Assembly (NCBI GenBank): GCA_012518595.1
Contig: JAAYRV010000004.1
Location: 1-50,303, forward strand
Direction of reading: 5' to 3'
Length of the DNA: 50,303 nucleotides
From: Bacillota bacterium
GTDB taxonomy: Bacteria > Bacillota > SHA-98 > UBA4971
Part shown: one piece after another, positions 33,546-43,728 of the stretch
Numbering within the stretch: position 1 is the first letter of the stretch
Layout of the letters: each line of letters starts with the position of its first letter
Notes under the pieces: model-generated
The model's database searches: none
What the model was told of the DNA's origin: nothing
Seen by the model: only the letters and a program-made list of their open reading frames with translations
Program-made: the position numbers and the translations under genes

Positions 33546-34451
33546 GTGAAGAGCAAGAGCTCACTTAGAGTAATCATTATCATTGTAGTTATAGGCCTTG
33601 TTGTTATTGGTGCCTTGTGGACTGTTAATGACCTGAAAGCCGTTGCCAGAGTAAACTCAACTGACATTACATGGAAGCAATTTAATGATGCTCTGAAGAA
33701 ACAAGGTGGCAACCAGATGCTTGCCGTCATGTTACGGGATGAACTCATTCGGCAAGGGGCCAAGCAGTATGATATCACAGTCACTGATGAAGACGTTGAA
33801 GCTGAAATGGACAAGCTGGCCAGTCAGTTTGGATCGTTGGTCGGTCTTGAACAAGCCCTATCTCAATACGGAATGACTCTTGATGATCTTAAAGGACAGA
33901 TTGAGACTACGTTACTGCTTGACGGTATAGCAGCACGCGACGTCACAGTGGAAGAGGAAGAGCTAAAGACCTACTATGATGAAAACAAAGAGCGGTATAC
34001 AGAACCTGAACAGGTTAAAGCCAGGCACATCCTGGTGGAAGATGAAGCGACTGCAAAGAGTATCTTGAAACAGCTTGATACTGGCGAAGATTTTGCCGAG
34101 ATTGCAAAAGAAAAATCACAGGATCCGGGCTCGAAAGACAAAGGCGGTGACCTTGGCTTTTTCGGTAGAGGCGTGATGGATCCGTCATTTGAAGAAGCTG
34201 CTTTCAGCCTTGATATCGGTGAGACCAGCCCTCCGGTTGGGTCCATGTTCGGTTATCATATAATCAGAGTGGAGGACAAGAAACCTGAGAGGGTTGCGCC
34301 TTTTGAAGAAGTCCGCGATGACATTGTAAGGCAAGTTACGAAGCAAAAGGCACAGCCCACATCAACAGTGCTCATGGAACTTAGAGATGCAGCACAGATT
34401 AAGATTAATGATAAAGACTTGGAAGACGCTGTTCATAGCATAATATATTAA
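33546..34451 (+). CDS. prsA: PpiC-type peptidyl-prolyl isomerase (PrsA/SurA-N-like foldase)
   Basis: Signal-anchor helix and parvulin motifs (ARHILV, GGDLGFFGRGVM, FGYHIIRV). GTG at 33546 lies 8 nt after GGGAGG. The ORF-track extension to 33357 runs through the promoter. Confidence 0.85.
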   Translation: MKSKSSLRVIIIIVVIGLVVIGALWTVNDLKAVARVNSTDITWKQFNDALKKQGGNQMLAVMLRDELIRQGAKQYDITVTDEDVEAEMDKLASQFGSLVGLEQALSQYGMTLDDLKGQIETTLLLDGIAARDVTVEEEELKTYYDENKERYTEPEQVKARHILVEDEATAKSILKQLDTGEDFAEIAKEKSQDPGSKDKGGDLGFFGRGVMDPSFEEAAFSLDIGETSPPVGSMFGYHIIRVEDKKPERVAPFEEVRDDIVRQVTKQKAQPTSTVLMELRDAAQIKINDKDLEDAVHSIIY

Positions 34452-34531
34452 GTTACTACGCTAAGTCAGGCGCTGTCATTGGAAAAGATGAATTGTGTCT
34501 GGCTTTTAGGAACTCTGTTGTTTATTATGGA

Positions 34532-34560
34532 GAGGAGGGCTGGTCCCTCCTCTTGTTATC
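34532..34560 (+). terminator. Terminator-like hairpin after the prsA-like gene
   Basis: GAGGAGGG-ctggt-CCCTCCTC followed by TTGTTATC. Confidence 0.55.
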
Positions 34561-34613
34561 AGAATGTACATGGGACACTCAGCATAACGTCTATGCAAGA
34601 GGGGTGACTTTTC

Positions 34614-35939
34614 ATGTATGGTCCCATAGTGGCTATTGTGGGTAGGCCTAACGTAGGCAAGTCTGCGCTGTTTAATAGGATCCTAGGCTCACGCCATGCT
34701 ATTGTTGAGGAAACCCCCGGGGTTACAAGGGATAGAGTCTATGCCCATGCTGAGTGGCGGGGAAGAGTGTTCTCTATTGTAGATACAGGCGGTATCTATG
34801 CAGGACCTGCGTCGTCTTCAATGGAAGAAATGACAATTGCCCAGACTGACATGGCAATCGGTGAAGCTGATGTAGTTTGGTTTGTGGTGGACACAGCTTC
34901 AGGCTTGATGCCCCATGACCATGATGTTGCTGACATTCTACGAAGATCCGGGCGTAAGGTAATAGTTGTCGCCAACAAAGCAGAAGGCGCCCGTTACGAT
35001 CACCACATAGAATTCTATGCTTTAGGCCTCGGCTCGCCGCATCCTGTTTCAGCAATTCACGGAATAGGTATAGGAGACCTTCTCGACAAAACTTTGGACC
35101 TCTTACCCGAGACCCCTTCGCTCCCAGAGAAACATGAGATTGAGGACGACGTGATAAATCTGGCGGTTCTCGGCCGTCCTAACGTCGGCAAATCATCCTT
35201 GGTAAACTGTATCCTAGGGGAAGAGCGGGCGATCGTGACACCGATACCCGGTACCACGAGAGACGCCCTGGACACGCCTTTTGTGTGGAACGACAAACGT
35301 TTTGTGATAATCGACACTGCAGGGATTCGGCGGATGGCGAAAATTGACAGCCCCGTGGAACGCTACAGCGTATTCCGTGCGCTTCGCGCGGCAGATAGGT
35401 GTGATGTCGCTCTCATTGTCTTGGATGCCCAAGACGCACCTGCATCACAAGACGCAAGAATTGCGGGCTATGTGGAAGAAGCAGGTCAAGCCATGATCAT
35501 TGTAGCTAACAAAAGCGATCTCATTGCCCACGGCAAACAGGGGAGGGCCCATTTCGAGCAGCGTACAAGGAGAGAAATGCCATTCATATCATATGCACCT
35601 CTCTTATTCGTATCCGCCCTAAAAAACCAAGGCATCTCTGAGTTAATGGAAGTCATAGAGAAAGTAGTTGCGAACCACAGAAGACGCATTGAGACTTCCG
35701 TTCTGAATGAGGTATTGGAGGAAGCCCAATTCAGGGTGACCCCACCCCAGGACAAAGGCAAACAGCTGAAAATATACTATGGTACCCAGGTATCAACAAG
35801 TCCGCCGTCTTTTGCTCTTTTCATGAATTACCCTAATCTGATGAATTTCTCCTATAGACGCTATCTGGAAAACACCTTCAGGCAGTCTTTTGATTTTCAA
35901 GGAGTTCCACTGAGAATCCTGCTCCGGAAAAGAGGATAG
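34614..35939 (+). CDS. der: Ribosome biogenesis GTPase Der (EngA)
   Basis: Two GTPase domains (GRPNVGKSALFN and GRPNVGKSSLVN) plus a KH-like C-terminus. Confidence 0.93.
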   Translation: MYGPIVAIVGRPNVGKSALFNRILGSRHAIVEETPGVTRDRVYAHAEWRGRVFSIVDTGGIYAGPASSSMEEMTIAQTDMAIGEADVVWFVVDTASGLMPHDHDVADILRRSGRKVIVVANKAEGARYDHHIEFYALGLGSPHPVSAIHGIGIGDLLDKTLDLLPETPSLPEKHEIEDDVINLAVLGRPNVGKSSLVNCILGEERAIVTPIPGTTRDALDTPFVWNDKRFVIIDTAGIRRMAKIDSPVERYSVFRALRAADRCDVALIVLDAQDAPASQDARIAGYVEEAGQAMIIVANKSDLIAHGKQGRAHFEQRTRREMPFISYAPLLFVSALKNQGISELMEVIEKVVANHRRRIETSVLNEVLEEAQFRVTPPQDKGKQLKIYYGTQVSTSPPSFALFMNYPNLMNFSYRRYLENTFRQSFDFQGVPLRILLRKRG

Positions 35940-35959
35940 ATACGAACGGAGGAGAAACC

Positions 35960-36559
35960 ATGAAGTATGTATGGCTTCTTGCAGCTATAGGTTCCAGTTA
36001 CATCTTGGGGTCCATTCCTTTCGGGTATGTCATAGGCAAACTATGGAAAGGTGTAGACGTGCGGACTAAAGGCAGTGGCAACATAGGAGCCACCAACGTT
36101 CTTAGAGTGCTGGGATTAGGGCCGGCGCTGCTTGTTCTATGTTGTGATCTTGGCAAAGGGGCACTGAGCGTATATTTAGGTGTCTTGGCTAACGGGACAT
36201 GGGGTGGCGCATTGTGTGGGATCGCAGCTGCGTTAGGGGGAGCATACTCCATATTCTTGAGGTTTCGAGGAGGCAAAGGCATTGGGGTGGGAGGCGGGAT
36301 TGTCATTGCCTCGATGCCTATGGTTGCTGCTGTACTTGCACCGGTTTGGGTAGGTGTGGTATGGCTTACAAGATATGTGTCTCTCGGGTCAATTATTGTA
36401 GCAGGTCTTGCGCCTGTCGCAGCTTATGCATTACATTATCCTCCCGAATATGTGATTCTTGCTGCTACTGTAGGTATATTGGCCATAATAAAGCATTATT
36501 CCAACATTACAAGACTCATTTCCGGGAAGGAACGGAAGTTAGGAGAGAAAGCTGAGTGA
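35960..36559 (+). CDS. plsY: Glycerol-3-phosphate acyltransferase PlsY
   Basis: GSGNIGATNV motif. 199-aa membrane protein upstream of gpsA. Confidence 0.9.
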   Translation: MKYVWLLAAIGSSYILGSIPFGYVIGKLWKGVDVRTKGSGNIGATNVLRVLGLGPALLVLCCDLGKGALSVYLGVLANGTWGGALCGIAAALGGAYSIFLRFRGGKGIGVGGGIVIASMPMVAAVLAPVWVGVVWLTRYVSLGSIIVAGLAPVAAYALHYPPEYVILAATVGILAIIKHYSNITRLISGKERKLGEKAE

Positions 36560-37584
36560 GAGTGGGAATTATCGGTGCAGGGGGCTGGGGAACAGCCCTA
36601 GCGGTACTCATGGCTGAAGAAGGCTATACGGTAGATCTGTGGGCAAGGGAACAAGAGGTGAGTGATGAAATAAGCACCTGCTGCACAAACCGCACGTTTC
36701 TGGAAGGAATCTCCATACCGAAGAACGTCCTTGCCACTTGTGACATGGAAAAAGTTATCAAGATGAACCGGTTTCTTTTGATACCGGTGCCTGCTCAGCA
36801 CATGCGCAGCGTGATTAGACTGGCCAAGCCATATATCACAAAAGAGCATATTCTGATTCATGCAGCCAAAGGTATTGAGCAAGGAACCTTGATGCGGATG
36901 TCAGAAGTCTTAGCACAAGAACTTCCTCGCGAATTTACTGATAACATAGGTGTCATTTCCGGTCCGAGTCATGCTGAAGAAGTCGCGCGTAAGGTTCCTA
37001 CTGCAATTGTCGCTGCATCTTCCCATATACCCGTTGCAGAGCTTGCTCAAGAGATTCTAATGTGTTCGACTTTGAGGGTCTATACCAGTAAGGATATGAC
37101 CGGTGTGGAACTCGGAGGCGCTTTGAAGAACGTAATTGCCCTGGGCACCGGGGTTTCTGACGGGCTTGGATTTGGGGATAATACGCGAGCTGCCCTTATG
37201 ACCAGGGGCATTGCAGAGATGGTAAGGCTCGGCACGGCTCTCGGAGCAAATCCCATGACTTTTGCAGGCCTTTCAGGGATGGGCGATGTAATTGTGACCT
37301 GTATGAGCATGTTATCGAGGAACAGGAGAGCAGGAATGGCAATAGCTGAAGGACAGAGCGTGGACAAGATCGTAAGTTCCACAAGCATGGTGGTGGAAGG
37401 GATTACGACTACTAAGGCTGCAGTGGCTTTGTCGAAACGTTTCAATGTGGAGATGCCTATTGCCTCTAAGTTATACTCCGTCCTTTTCAAAGGGTTGGAT
37501 CCGAGAAAAGCAGTGGAAGACTTAATGCTCAGAATGCCTGTTCCGGAAACAAGACTCAAGTTTAGGCACATCCGGGATTCGTGA
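36556..37584 (+). CDS. gpsA: NAD(P)H-dependent glycerol-3-phosphate dehydrogenase
   Basis: IGAGGWGTALA Rossmann motif; GALKNVIALG. Confidence 0.92.
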   Translation: MRVGIIGAGGWGTALAVLMAEEGYTVDLWAREQEVSDEISTCCTNRTFLEGISIPKNVLATCDMEKVIKMNRFLLIPVPAQHMRSVIRLAKPYITKEHILIHAAKGIEQGTLMRMSEVLAQELPREFTDNIGVISGPSHAEEVARKVPTAIVAASSHIPVAELAQEILMCSTLRVYTSKDMTGVELGGALKNVIALGTGVSDGLGFGDNTRAALMTRGIAEMVRLGTALGANPMTFAGLSGMGDVIVTCMSMLSRNRRAGMAIAEGQSVDKIVSSTSMVVEGITTTKAAVALSKRFNVEMPIASKLYSVLFKGLDPRKAVEDLMLRMPVPETRLKFRHIRDS

Positions 37585-37679
37585 GGCTCATACCTAAGAT
37601 GACTGTAATAATATGATGTGATAGGGGAGGGAGCTGGAGTCATAAGGGCGTCAAGATACGTCTTTCCAGCGGATGGAAT

Positions 37680-38051
37680 ATGGAATCTGGTGGAACGAAC
37701 TGGCCGATTTTAATCGGAACGATAGCAACAGGATTAGTGTCTGCTTGGTGGGTTTTCAGGGATGCCCGCGGACGGGATCATAACCCTGTGATTTGGGCAG
37801 TAGCCTGTGTTTTTTCAGCTCTGACAGTAGGTATTTTGGGACCACTGGCTGTGGTAGCCGGGTATCTTCTTTTACGCCCCCGTGGGGCGCTTCTAATATG
37901 TCCCCATTGCTCCAAGAAGTACATTCATAATTTGGCGTATTGTCCTCATTGCGGAAAGCCTGTAAAAAAGGACTGTTTGAAGTGTCATGATCTCATGGAT
38001 CTTGACGCGGAAGTATGCCCCCATTGCGGAATGAGAACCAGTCAGATATGA
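37680..38051 (+). CDS. Membrane protein with C-terminal double zinc ribbon
   Basis: Two TM helices followed by CPHC-x13-CPHC and CLKC-x12-CPHC. Confidence 0.55.
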   Translation: MESGGTNWPILIGTIATGLVSAWWVFRDARGRDHNPVIWAVACVFSALTVGILGPLAVVAGYLLLRPRGALLICPHCSKKYIHNLAYCPHCGKPVKKDCLKCHDLMDLDAEVCPHCGMRTSQI

Positions 38052-38122
38052 TACAAAATACCGGCAGACTGAGACAGAGCGGGGAGGAATAGATTCCCCG
38101 GCGTCGAACAATTAATGTGCTG

Positions 38123-38170
38123 TCGCCGGGCTGTACTCAGCTCTCCGGCGAGACATATTTTCCCCTTTTT
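38123..38170 (+). terminator. Possible terminator after the zinc-ribbon membrane protein gene
   Basis: TCGCCGG, 15-nt loop, CCGGCGA, then gacatATTTTCCCCTTTTT. Confidence 0.4.
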
Positions 38171-38235
38171 GCTGATTCTCAGGTGGCGGAATACGCTGTG
38201 AAATTTGGTTGCTGCCAGGGGATGGGGGGCTTCAC

Positions 38236-39123
38236 ATGGTCGATGGCATCGACAAAATTGACATCTTAATTCACCAGTTGTCTCAACTCGAAGAAGATTT
38301 AGATAAACTCGACAGTGACAGACAGGACCGGGCTAAGGCTGAGGTTAAGGGCGTAAGGCGCGAGATTGTCAATCTCCTGATTCAAGCCCTTGATGAAGGA
38401 GATATCTTCACAAGGCGCGGAGCAGCCTATGGCCTCAGTAAGCTACCTGACAAGGAAGCTGTGGGAGTCCTGATTCGCGCTCTCGAGGATGAAGATGACT
38501 CAGTTAGAAGTTGGGCTTCAGAAGCGCTTGGGGAAATTCAGGATGAGTCGTCGTTAGAAGATCTTGTAAAAACACTTAAAGAAGAGAATCCATATGTCGC
38601 TTACAATATCACCAGAGCGATAATGAAGTTTCCCAAGGTGGAAGTAGTTGAGGCTCTCAGCTGCGCGCTGGAGATGGCTGACAGGAACATCAGGCGCAGA
38701 GCAGCAAAGCTTCTGGGAGAACTCAGACACAAGAAATCTGTCTCGCGCCTGTCAGCTCTCTTAAGTGATCCTGACTCTACAGTGAGATACGAAGCAGTTG
38801 AAGCCCTTAGAAAAATCGGCGATATTAAGGTATTGGGACGCCTCATCTCCGCGCTTGAGGATGAGTCCACTGATGTTCGCTATGGAGCAATTCAGGCGCT
38901 CCAGGCACTCGGGGATAAGCGGGCAGTTGAGCCTTTGGTGAGGATATGCCTTGAAAACGAAGACCTTAGATCTTGTGCTTTGGAAGCTATCAAAGAGTTG
39001 TGCGGAGATGTGGCCGTAATGCCGGTACTGGAAGCCCTGGACCAGATACAAGGACTTGTCCGTCAAGTCTCCCACCACATCTTGACCTTGCGAGAAAAAC
39101 CCACCCAAAGGGCAAGCAGTTGA
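38236..39123 (+). CDS. HEAT-repeat (PBS-lyase-type) protein
   Basis: Repeated ~31-aa units (VRxxAxxALGxIxDxxAVxxLIxALxDxD). ATG at 38236 follows a G-rich RBS. Confidence 0.7.
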   Translation: MVDGIDKIDILIHQLSQLEEDLDKLDSDRQDRAKAEVKGVRREIVNLLIQALDEGDIFTRRGAAYGLSKLPDKEAVGVLIRALEDEDDSVRSWASEALGEIQDESSLEDLVKTLKEENPYVAYNITRAIMKFPKVEVVEALSCALEMADRNIRRRAAKLLGELRHKKSVSRLSALLSDPDSTVRYEAVEALRKIGDIKVLGRLISALEDESTDVRYGAIQALQALGDKRAVEPLVRICLENEDLRSCALEAIKELCGDVAVMPVLEALDQIQGLVRQVSHHILTLREKPTQRASS

Positions 39124-39191
39124 TACAACTCAGTTTCGCCTGTCTCATTGTCCTGAACTAGCTTGCGCTTGCGCTTTTCGCCGGATCTTTG

Positions 39192-39200
39192 TGTTATAAT
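39192..39200 (+). promoter_or_regulatory. Extended -10 element upstream of mgtC-like gene
   Basis: TGtTATAAT. No good -35 element. Confidence 0.35.
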
Positions 39201-39250
39201 TAGCTTTGACTGAAAAGCCTGTAATTGTTTAATGATGGTGAGGTGAGCGC

Positions 39251-39916
39251 GTGATCTCCCATGGCGAGGTGATTCTAAGACTTGTCGTTGCTACCGCATT
39301 CGGCGGACTGATTGGGCTTGAACGGGAGAGCCATAAACGGCCTGCAGGCTTTAGAACGCACATTCTTGTATGTATCGGCTCAGCTCTCACAATGATAATT
39401 TCTCAGTACGCATTCTTGGAGTTCTCAGGCAAACTAGGATACGATCCAGGGCGAATCGCAGCTCAAGTCATAAGTGGGATCGGCTTTCTCGGGGCCGGTA
39501 CCATTCTTCGGGAAGGCTCAACGGTTAAAGGGCTGACCACTGCAGCGAGCCTCTGGGTAGTTGCAGGGATAGGATTAGCTGTAGGCACAGGGTTTTATAT
39601 CTCAGGCGCAGTAACTACCGGCCTTGTCGTTGTAGTGCTTGTAGTATTTGATCGTTTTGAAAGAAGATTCATGTTATCCAAACGTGACCGCCTTTTCGTT
39701 CAAGTAAGCGATAGGCCGGGTCAGTTAGGCTCTATCGCATCCATATTAGGCAGATACGGCGTTAGTATAAAAGAAGTTGATATGGAAACCCTGGGGAAAG
39801 GACATGAGGCTGCCATACATCTCAGCCTGGAAGTTCCATTCTCAGTGCCCAAGGACAGATTACTGGATGAAATTACTGAAGTTGACGGTGTAATTCACGT
39901 AGGTTATGAGGAGTGA
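39251..39916 (+). CDS. mgtC: MgtC/SapB family membrane protein with C-terminal ACT-like domain
   Basis: RLVVATAFGGLIGLERE...AGFRTH MgtC signature. Confidence 0.85.
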   Translation: MISHGEVILRLVVATAFGGLIGLERESHKRPAGFRTHILVCIGSALTMIISQYAFLEFSGKLGYDPGRIAAQVISGIGFLGAGTILREGSTVKGLTTAASLWVVAGIGLAVGTGFYISGAVTTGLVVVVLVVFDRFERRFMLSKRDRLFVQVSDRPGQLGSIASILGRYGVSIKEVDMETLGKGHEAAIHLSLEVPFSVPKDRLLDEITEVDGVIHVGYEE

Positions 39917-39925
39917 GCGCTCTTC

Positions 39926-40699
39926 ATGAGAATATTGGTCACTAACGATGACGGCATCTTCGCTGACGGGATACGCATATTAGCGCAGGACCTCTTAAAT
40001 CTCGGTGAAGTCAGAGTTGTGGCCCCGGACAGAGAGAGAAGCGCCACCGGGCATGCTATCACAGTGCTTAGGCCGCTCAGGATAGAAAGCGTAAAGTTCC
40101 CCGATTCCCGAATTCGGGCATGGGCTGTTGACGGCACTCCTTCAGACTGTGTCAAGTTGGCTATCGAAGACCTTCTGGAGTGGAAGCCTGATGTATTGGT
40201 TTCCGGCATTAACCGCGGTCCGAACCTAGGAACTGACGTGTTATATTCAGGTACCGTCTCCGCTGCTATTGAAGGGGCGATTTATGAAATTCCTTCTGTG
40301 GCCATATCTGTGGCAGCATTTGAGAATTGCAACTACCCTGTGGCAGCCGAGTTCGGAAAACAATTGGTGTCAATAGTGGCAAAGATGGGGCTGCCTCCTA
40401 AGACATTGCTAAACGTCAATGTTCCGTCTGTGGAGAGGCGGGACCTGGCAGGGGTGTCCATTACACGACTGGGCGCAAGGGTATGGAAAGACGTCTTCGA
40501 CAGGCGAGTCGATCCCAGGGGTAGGGCATACTACTGGATGGCAGGGAGTGTCGAAGAGTCCGACGGTGATCTTGACATCGATTCTGTAGCTGTCAGGCAT
40601 AACATGATCTCCATTACCCCGATTCATCTCGATCTTACAGGATATGATCTAATAGATCAGCTCAAAACTTGGGATATCAAGTTTGGCGATGGATTTTAA
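39926..40699 (+). CDS. surE: 5'/3'-nucleotidase SurE
   Basis: MRILVTNDDGI...GINRGPNLG...YSGTVSAA motifs. Confidence 0.92.
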   Translation: MRILVTNDDGIFADGIRILAQDLLNLGEVRVVAPDRERSATGHAITVLRPLRIESVKFPDSRIRAWAVDGTPSDCVKLAIEDLLEWKPDVLVSGINRGPNLGTDVLYSGTVSAAIEGAIYEIPSVAISVAAFENCNYPVAAEFGKQLVSIVAKMGLPPKTLLNVNVPSVERRDLAGVSITRLGARVWKDVFDRRVDPRGRAYYWMAGSVEESDGDLDIDSVAVRHNMISITPIHLDLTGYDLIDQLKTWDIKFGDGF

Positions 40700-40744
40700 T
40701 CTCAAACCCCCGGCAAGAGACATAGAATATTAAAGAGTCTTTCT

Positions 40745-40978
40745 TTGTCCGGGGGTGCAGTTGTGGGACTAATCTCAATCCTGAAATGCGCAGCCATTTT
40801 GTCTCTTGTAATAATTCTTGAGATGATATGGGTAATCTCTGCAAGACGATGTGGAGCAATGTCAGGAGAAGTCATCTCTCTTTCCATAACGATTGTTGTG
40901 GCTACGATAGCCATATATGTTTTTCTCGTCACGATTATTGCATCAAGGGTCATGGCACCGCTGTTTTATCAGCTATAA
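40745..40978 (+). CDS. Hypothetical small two-TM membrane protein
   Basis: Has two hydrophobic helices. There is no convincing RBS and no family is recognised. It is the only ORF that fits the 355-nt gap. Confidence 0.3.
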   Translation: MSGGAVVGLISILKCAAILSLVIILEMIWVISARRCGAMSGEVISLSITIVVATIAIYVFLVTIIASRVMAPLFYQL

Positions 40979-41053
40979 TTCTAGAAGCTATATTCAGAAA
41001 GGAGCAGAGGCAAGTCCTGGCAGTTGCTGCACCAGGATTGCCCGGGGATTACT

Positions 41054-41995
41054 ATGAAAAAGAAAGTTGCGCTAATTTACGGTGGAAAATCCGCAGAAAG
41101 AGAAATATCACTACGTACAGGACAGCAAGTCAGTAGCGCTCTGGTAGAGAAGGGCTTCAGCGTCACAGCTTTGGATCTGGATGACAATCTTGTATCTGCC
41201 TTGAAAGAAGCCAAGCCTGACGTCGTTTTCATCGCATTGCACGGAAAGTATGGGGAAGACGGATGCCTTCAGGGTCTTTTGGATATACTTGGATTTCCGT
41301 ATGTAGGATCCGGGGTTCTTGCCAGCGCCTTAGCTATGAACAAAGCGATTTCAAAGAAACTGTTCCGGCTCGAAGGGATTCTGTGTCCCAAGGATGTCTT
41401 AATATCCCGTCATGCATTGCAGCAACCCGGGCTTGAAGGTGTGATGAAACAAATAGAAAGGGAACTGCCCTATCCACTGGTGGTGAAGCCGAATAAGCAA
41501 GGCTCAACCATAGGATTGACTGTTGTTCGCGCCTCACAGGACCTGAAAAACTCTATCTTGCATGCATTGAAGTATGATGATGAAGTCTTGGTTGAAGAGT
41601 ATATCTCCGGCACGGAGATTACCGTAGGCGTATTGGGCAATAATGAACCTCAAGTATTGCCGGTAATTGAGATTCGTTCTGTCACAGGCCTCTATGACTA
41701 CGAAGCCAAGTACACTCCTGGGATGAGTGAGCATATCATCCCCGCAGAAATAAGTGAAGTTGCTTATAGGGCAGCTCAAGACGGGGCACTAAAGGCCCAC
41801 AGAGCCCTCGGGTGTCGAGGTATCTCCCGATCTGATTTCATTGTTACAAAGACAGACGAGACTTACATTCTGGAAGTGAACACAATACCCGGTATGACCC
41901 GGACCAGCCTAATCCCTGATGCTGCCAATGCTGCAGGGATTAAGTTTTCTGATCTTATCGCTCTTCTTGTCGAGCTTGCCCTTGACAATCAGTAG
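41054..41995 (+). CDS. ddl: D-alanine--D-alanine ligase
   Basis: MKKKVALIYGGKSAEREISL...FIALHGKYGEDG...EVNTIPGMT motifs. Confidence 0.92.
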   Translation: MKKKVALIYGGKSAEREISLRTGQQVSSALVEKGFSVTALDLDDNLVSALKEAKPDVVFIALHGKYGEDGCLQGLLDILGFPYVGSGVLASALAMNKAISKKLFRLEGILCPKDVLISRHALQQPGLEGVMKQIERELPYPLVVKPNKQGSTIGLTVVRASQDLKNSILHALKYDDEVLVEEYISGTEITVGVLGNNEPQVLPVIEIRSVTGLYDYEAKYTPGMSEHIIPAEISEVAYRAAQDGALKAHRALGCRGISRSDFIVTKTDETYILEVNTIPGMTRTSLIPDAANAAGIKFSDLIALLVELALDNQ

Positions 41996-42121
41996 CAGTT
42001 CTTTCTGTGATATTTCGGCACGAAAAAAACTTAATGAGCATTGAAGGAAACCAGGAATTCCTCCAGAAGAGTACAACTAGGACGCCCAAAGTTCAGCGGT
42101 TGTGCCTGAGGAGTGATGCTC

Positions 42122-43600
42122 ATGGATGCAACAAGCCCGAGACCGTCCAATTTGAATATAGAGAATGACTCCACTGAGCTCCTTCAAAACTTTCATCTGA
42201 TTCTTGATTCCATTGATGAAGGAATTCAAGTAGTGGACAGGAGCGGTGTGACAGTTTTCTATAACAGAGCAGCTGCAAATCTGGATAATCTGAAACCAGA
42301 AGAGGTCGTTGGTAAACACATACTGGAGGTATTTCCTTCCTTATGCCGAGAAACCAGCACCTTGCTTCAGGTGCTCAAAACTGGGCAACCTGTGTCTAAC
42401 AGGGAACAAACCTTCATGAATTACAAAGGAGATACGATAACTACAATAAACTCCACTTTGCCTGTAACGGTAGGGGGTAGGCTTATAGGCGCTGTGGAGG
42501 TCTCCCGGGACATAACACTCATACAGGAGATGGCCCACCGTATCGTCGATCTTCAGATGGAGTTGTTTGCTAAACGTGAAGGCAGGAGAGATATAGGTTC
42601 AGACCGTGCCCGGTATACCTTCAAAGACATAATCGGCGAGAGTGAATGTATACTGGATCTGAAGCGAAAAGCTGCAAGAGCTGCGGGAAGCATGTCGGCT
42701 GTCCTGGTTCACGGTGAGACGGGAACCGGGAAGGAGCTATTTGTGCAGGCGATTCACAATGCCGGTCCCAGGGGAAAAGGACCGTTTATTGCGCAAAATT
42801 GCGCAGCGTTTCCCGAAGGATTGCTCGAAGGAATACTGTTCGGAACGACAAAAGGAGGGTTTACAGGCGCTTGCGACCGGCCGGGCCTTTTTGAATTGGC
42901 AGATTCAGGTACGATGTTTCTTGATGAAATCGACTCCATGCCTTCCAGCCTGCAAGCAAAATTGCTGCGAGTCCTATCAGAGAAACGCTTGCGTCGCGTA
43001 GGTGACATAAAAGAACGCATTGTTGATGTGCGGGTTGTAGCAGCCATGACCCGATTGCCTGAGGAAGCGGTTTCCTTGGGATTACTGAGGAATGATTTAT
43101 ACTATAGGTTAAACGTTATCTGCCTGGGAATCCCACCCCTTAGAGAAAGACGCAGGGATATACCGCTTTTGATAAAGCACTTTATTGATAAATTCAACAG
43201 CCAGCTAATAATGAGTGTTAAAGGCGTCTCTCAAGAGGTTTTTCAAATATTTTTCACCTATGATTGGCCCGGCAATGTCCGTGAACTGGAGCATGCCATT
43301 GAAGGCGCCATGCATATGCTGGACGGAGACATGATTCTCCTGGAGCATCTGCCGGATCACATAAAGAAGTCAGTATCTCGCTGGGAAGACACGTCGCATC
43401 AATTCGATGATATTATTCAAGGCATAGAATTAGAAGGCGACTTTCGCGAGACTGTCCGAGAATTGGAAAACAATCTTATTCGCAGGGCTTTCGCTAAGGC
43501 GGAAGGTAATATTTCAGAGACTGCTCGTCTCCTGGGCATACCTCGCCAGACGCTTCAGTACCGCTTGAAGCGACTCGACATGCAACCGGGCAATCAGTAA
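42122..43600 (+). CDS. Sigma-54-dependent transcriptional activator (PAS sensor, AAA+ domain, Fis-type HTH)
   Basis: PAS-like N-terminus; Walker A GETGTGKE; GGFTGA (variant of GAFTGA); Walker B MFLDEID; WPGNVRELE; C-terminal ETARLLGIPRQTLQYRLK. ATG at 42122 lies 8 nt after GAGGAG, while the ORF-track start at 42113 overlaps that RBS. Confidence 0.88.
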   Translation: MDATSPRPSNLNIENDSTELLQNFHLILDSIDEGIQVVDRSGVTVFYNRAAANLDNLKPEEVVGKHILEVFPSLCRETSTLLQVLKTGQPVSNREQTFMNYKGDTITTINSTLPVTVGGRLIGAVEVSRDITLIQEMAHRIVDLQMELFAKREGRRDIGSDRARYTFKDIIGESECILDLKRKAARAAGSMSAVLVHGETGTGKELFVQAIHNAGPRGKGPFIAQNCAAFPEGLLEGILFGTTKGGFTGACDRPGLFELADSGTMFLDEIDSMPSSLQAKLLRVLSEKRLRRVGDIKERIVDVRVVAAMTRLPEEAVSLGLLRNDLYYRLNVICLGIPPLRERRRDIPLLIKHFIDKFNSQLIMSVKGVSQEVFQIFFTYDWPGNVRELEHAIEGAMHMLDGDMILLEHLPDHIKKSVSRWEDTSHQFDDIIQGIELEGDFRETVRELENNLIRRAFAKAEGNISETARLLGIPRQTLQYRLKRLDMQPGNQ

Positions 43601-43635
43601 GAGAAAATTACATTAGTTACATCTTTGGGAAATGA

Positions 43636-43651
43636 GGGCACTTCTTTTGCG
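43636..43651 (+). promoter_or_regulatory. Sigma-54 (-24/-12) promoter upstream of the ChlI-like/VWA gene pair
   Basis: GGGCAC-ttctt-TTGCG has the canonical GG-N10-GC spacing. It lies 36 nt after the stop of the sigma-54 activator gene and ~80 nt before the ATPase start. Confidence 0.6.
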
Positions 43652-43728
43652 GTATGCGCTGATTATGGCAAGGCCATAATATCAGTAGCTGCCCACCGAT
43701 GCCGCGTTATACTCAGGAGGTGCCCATA

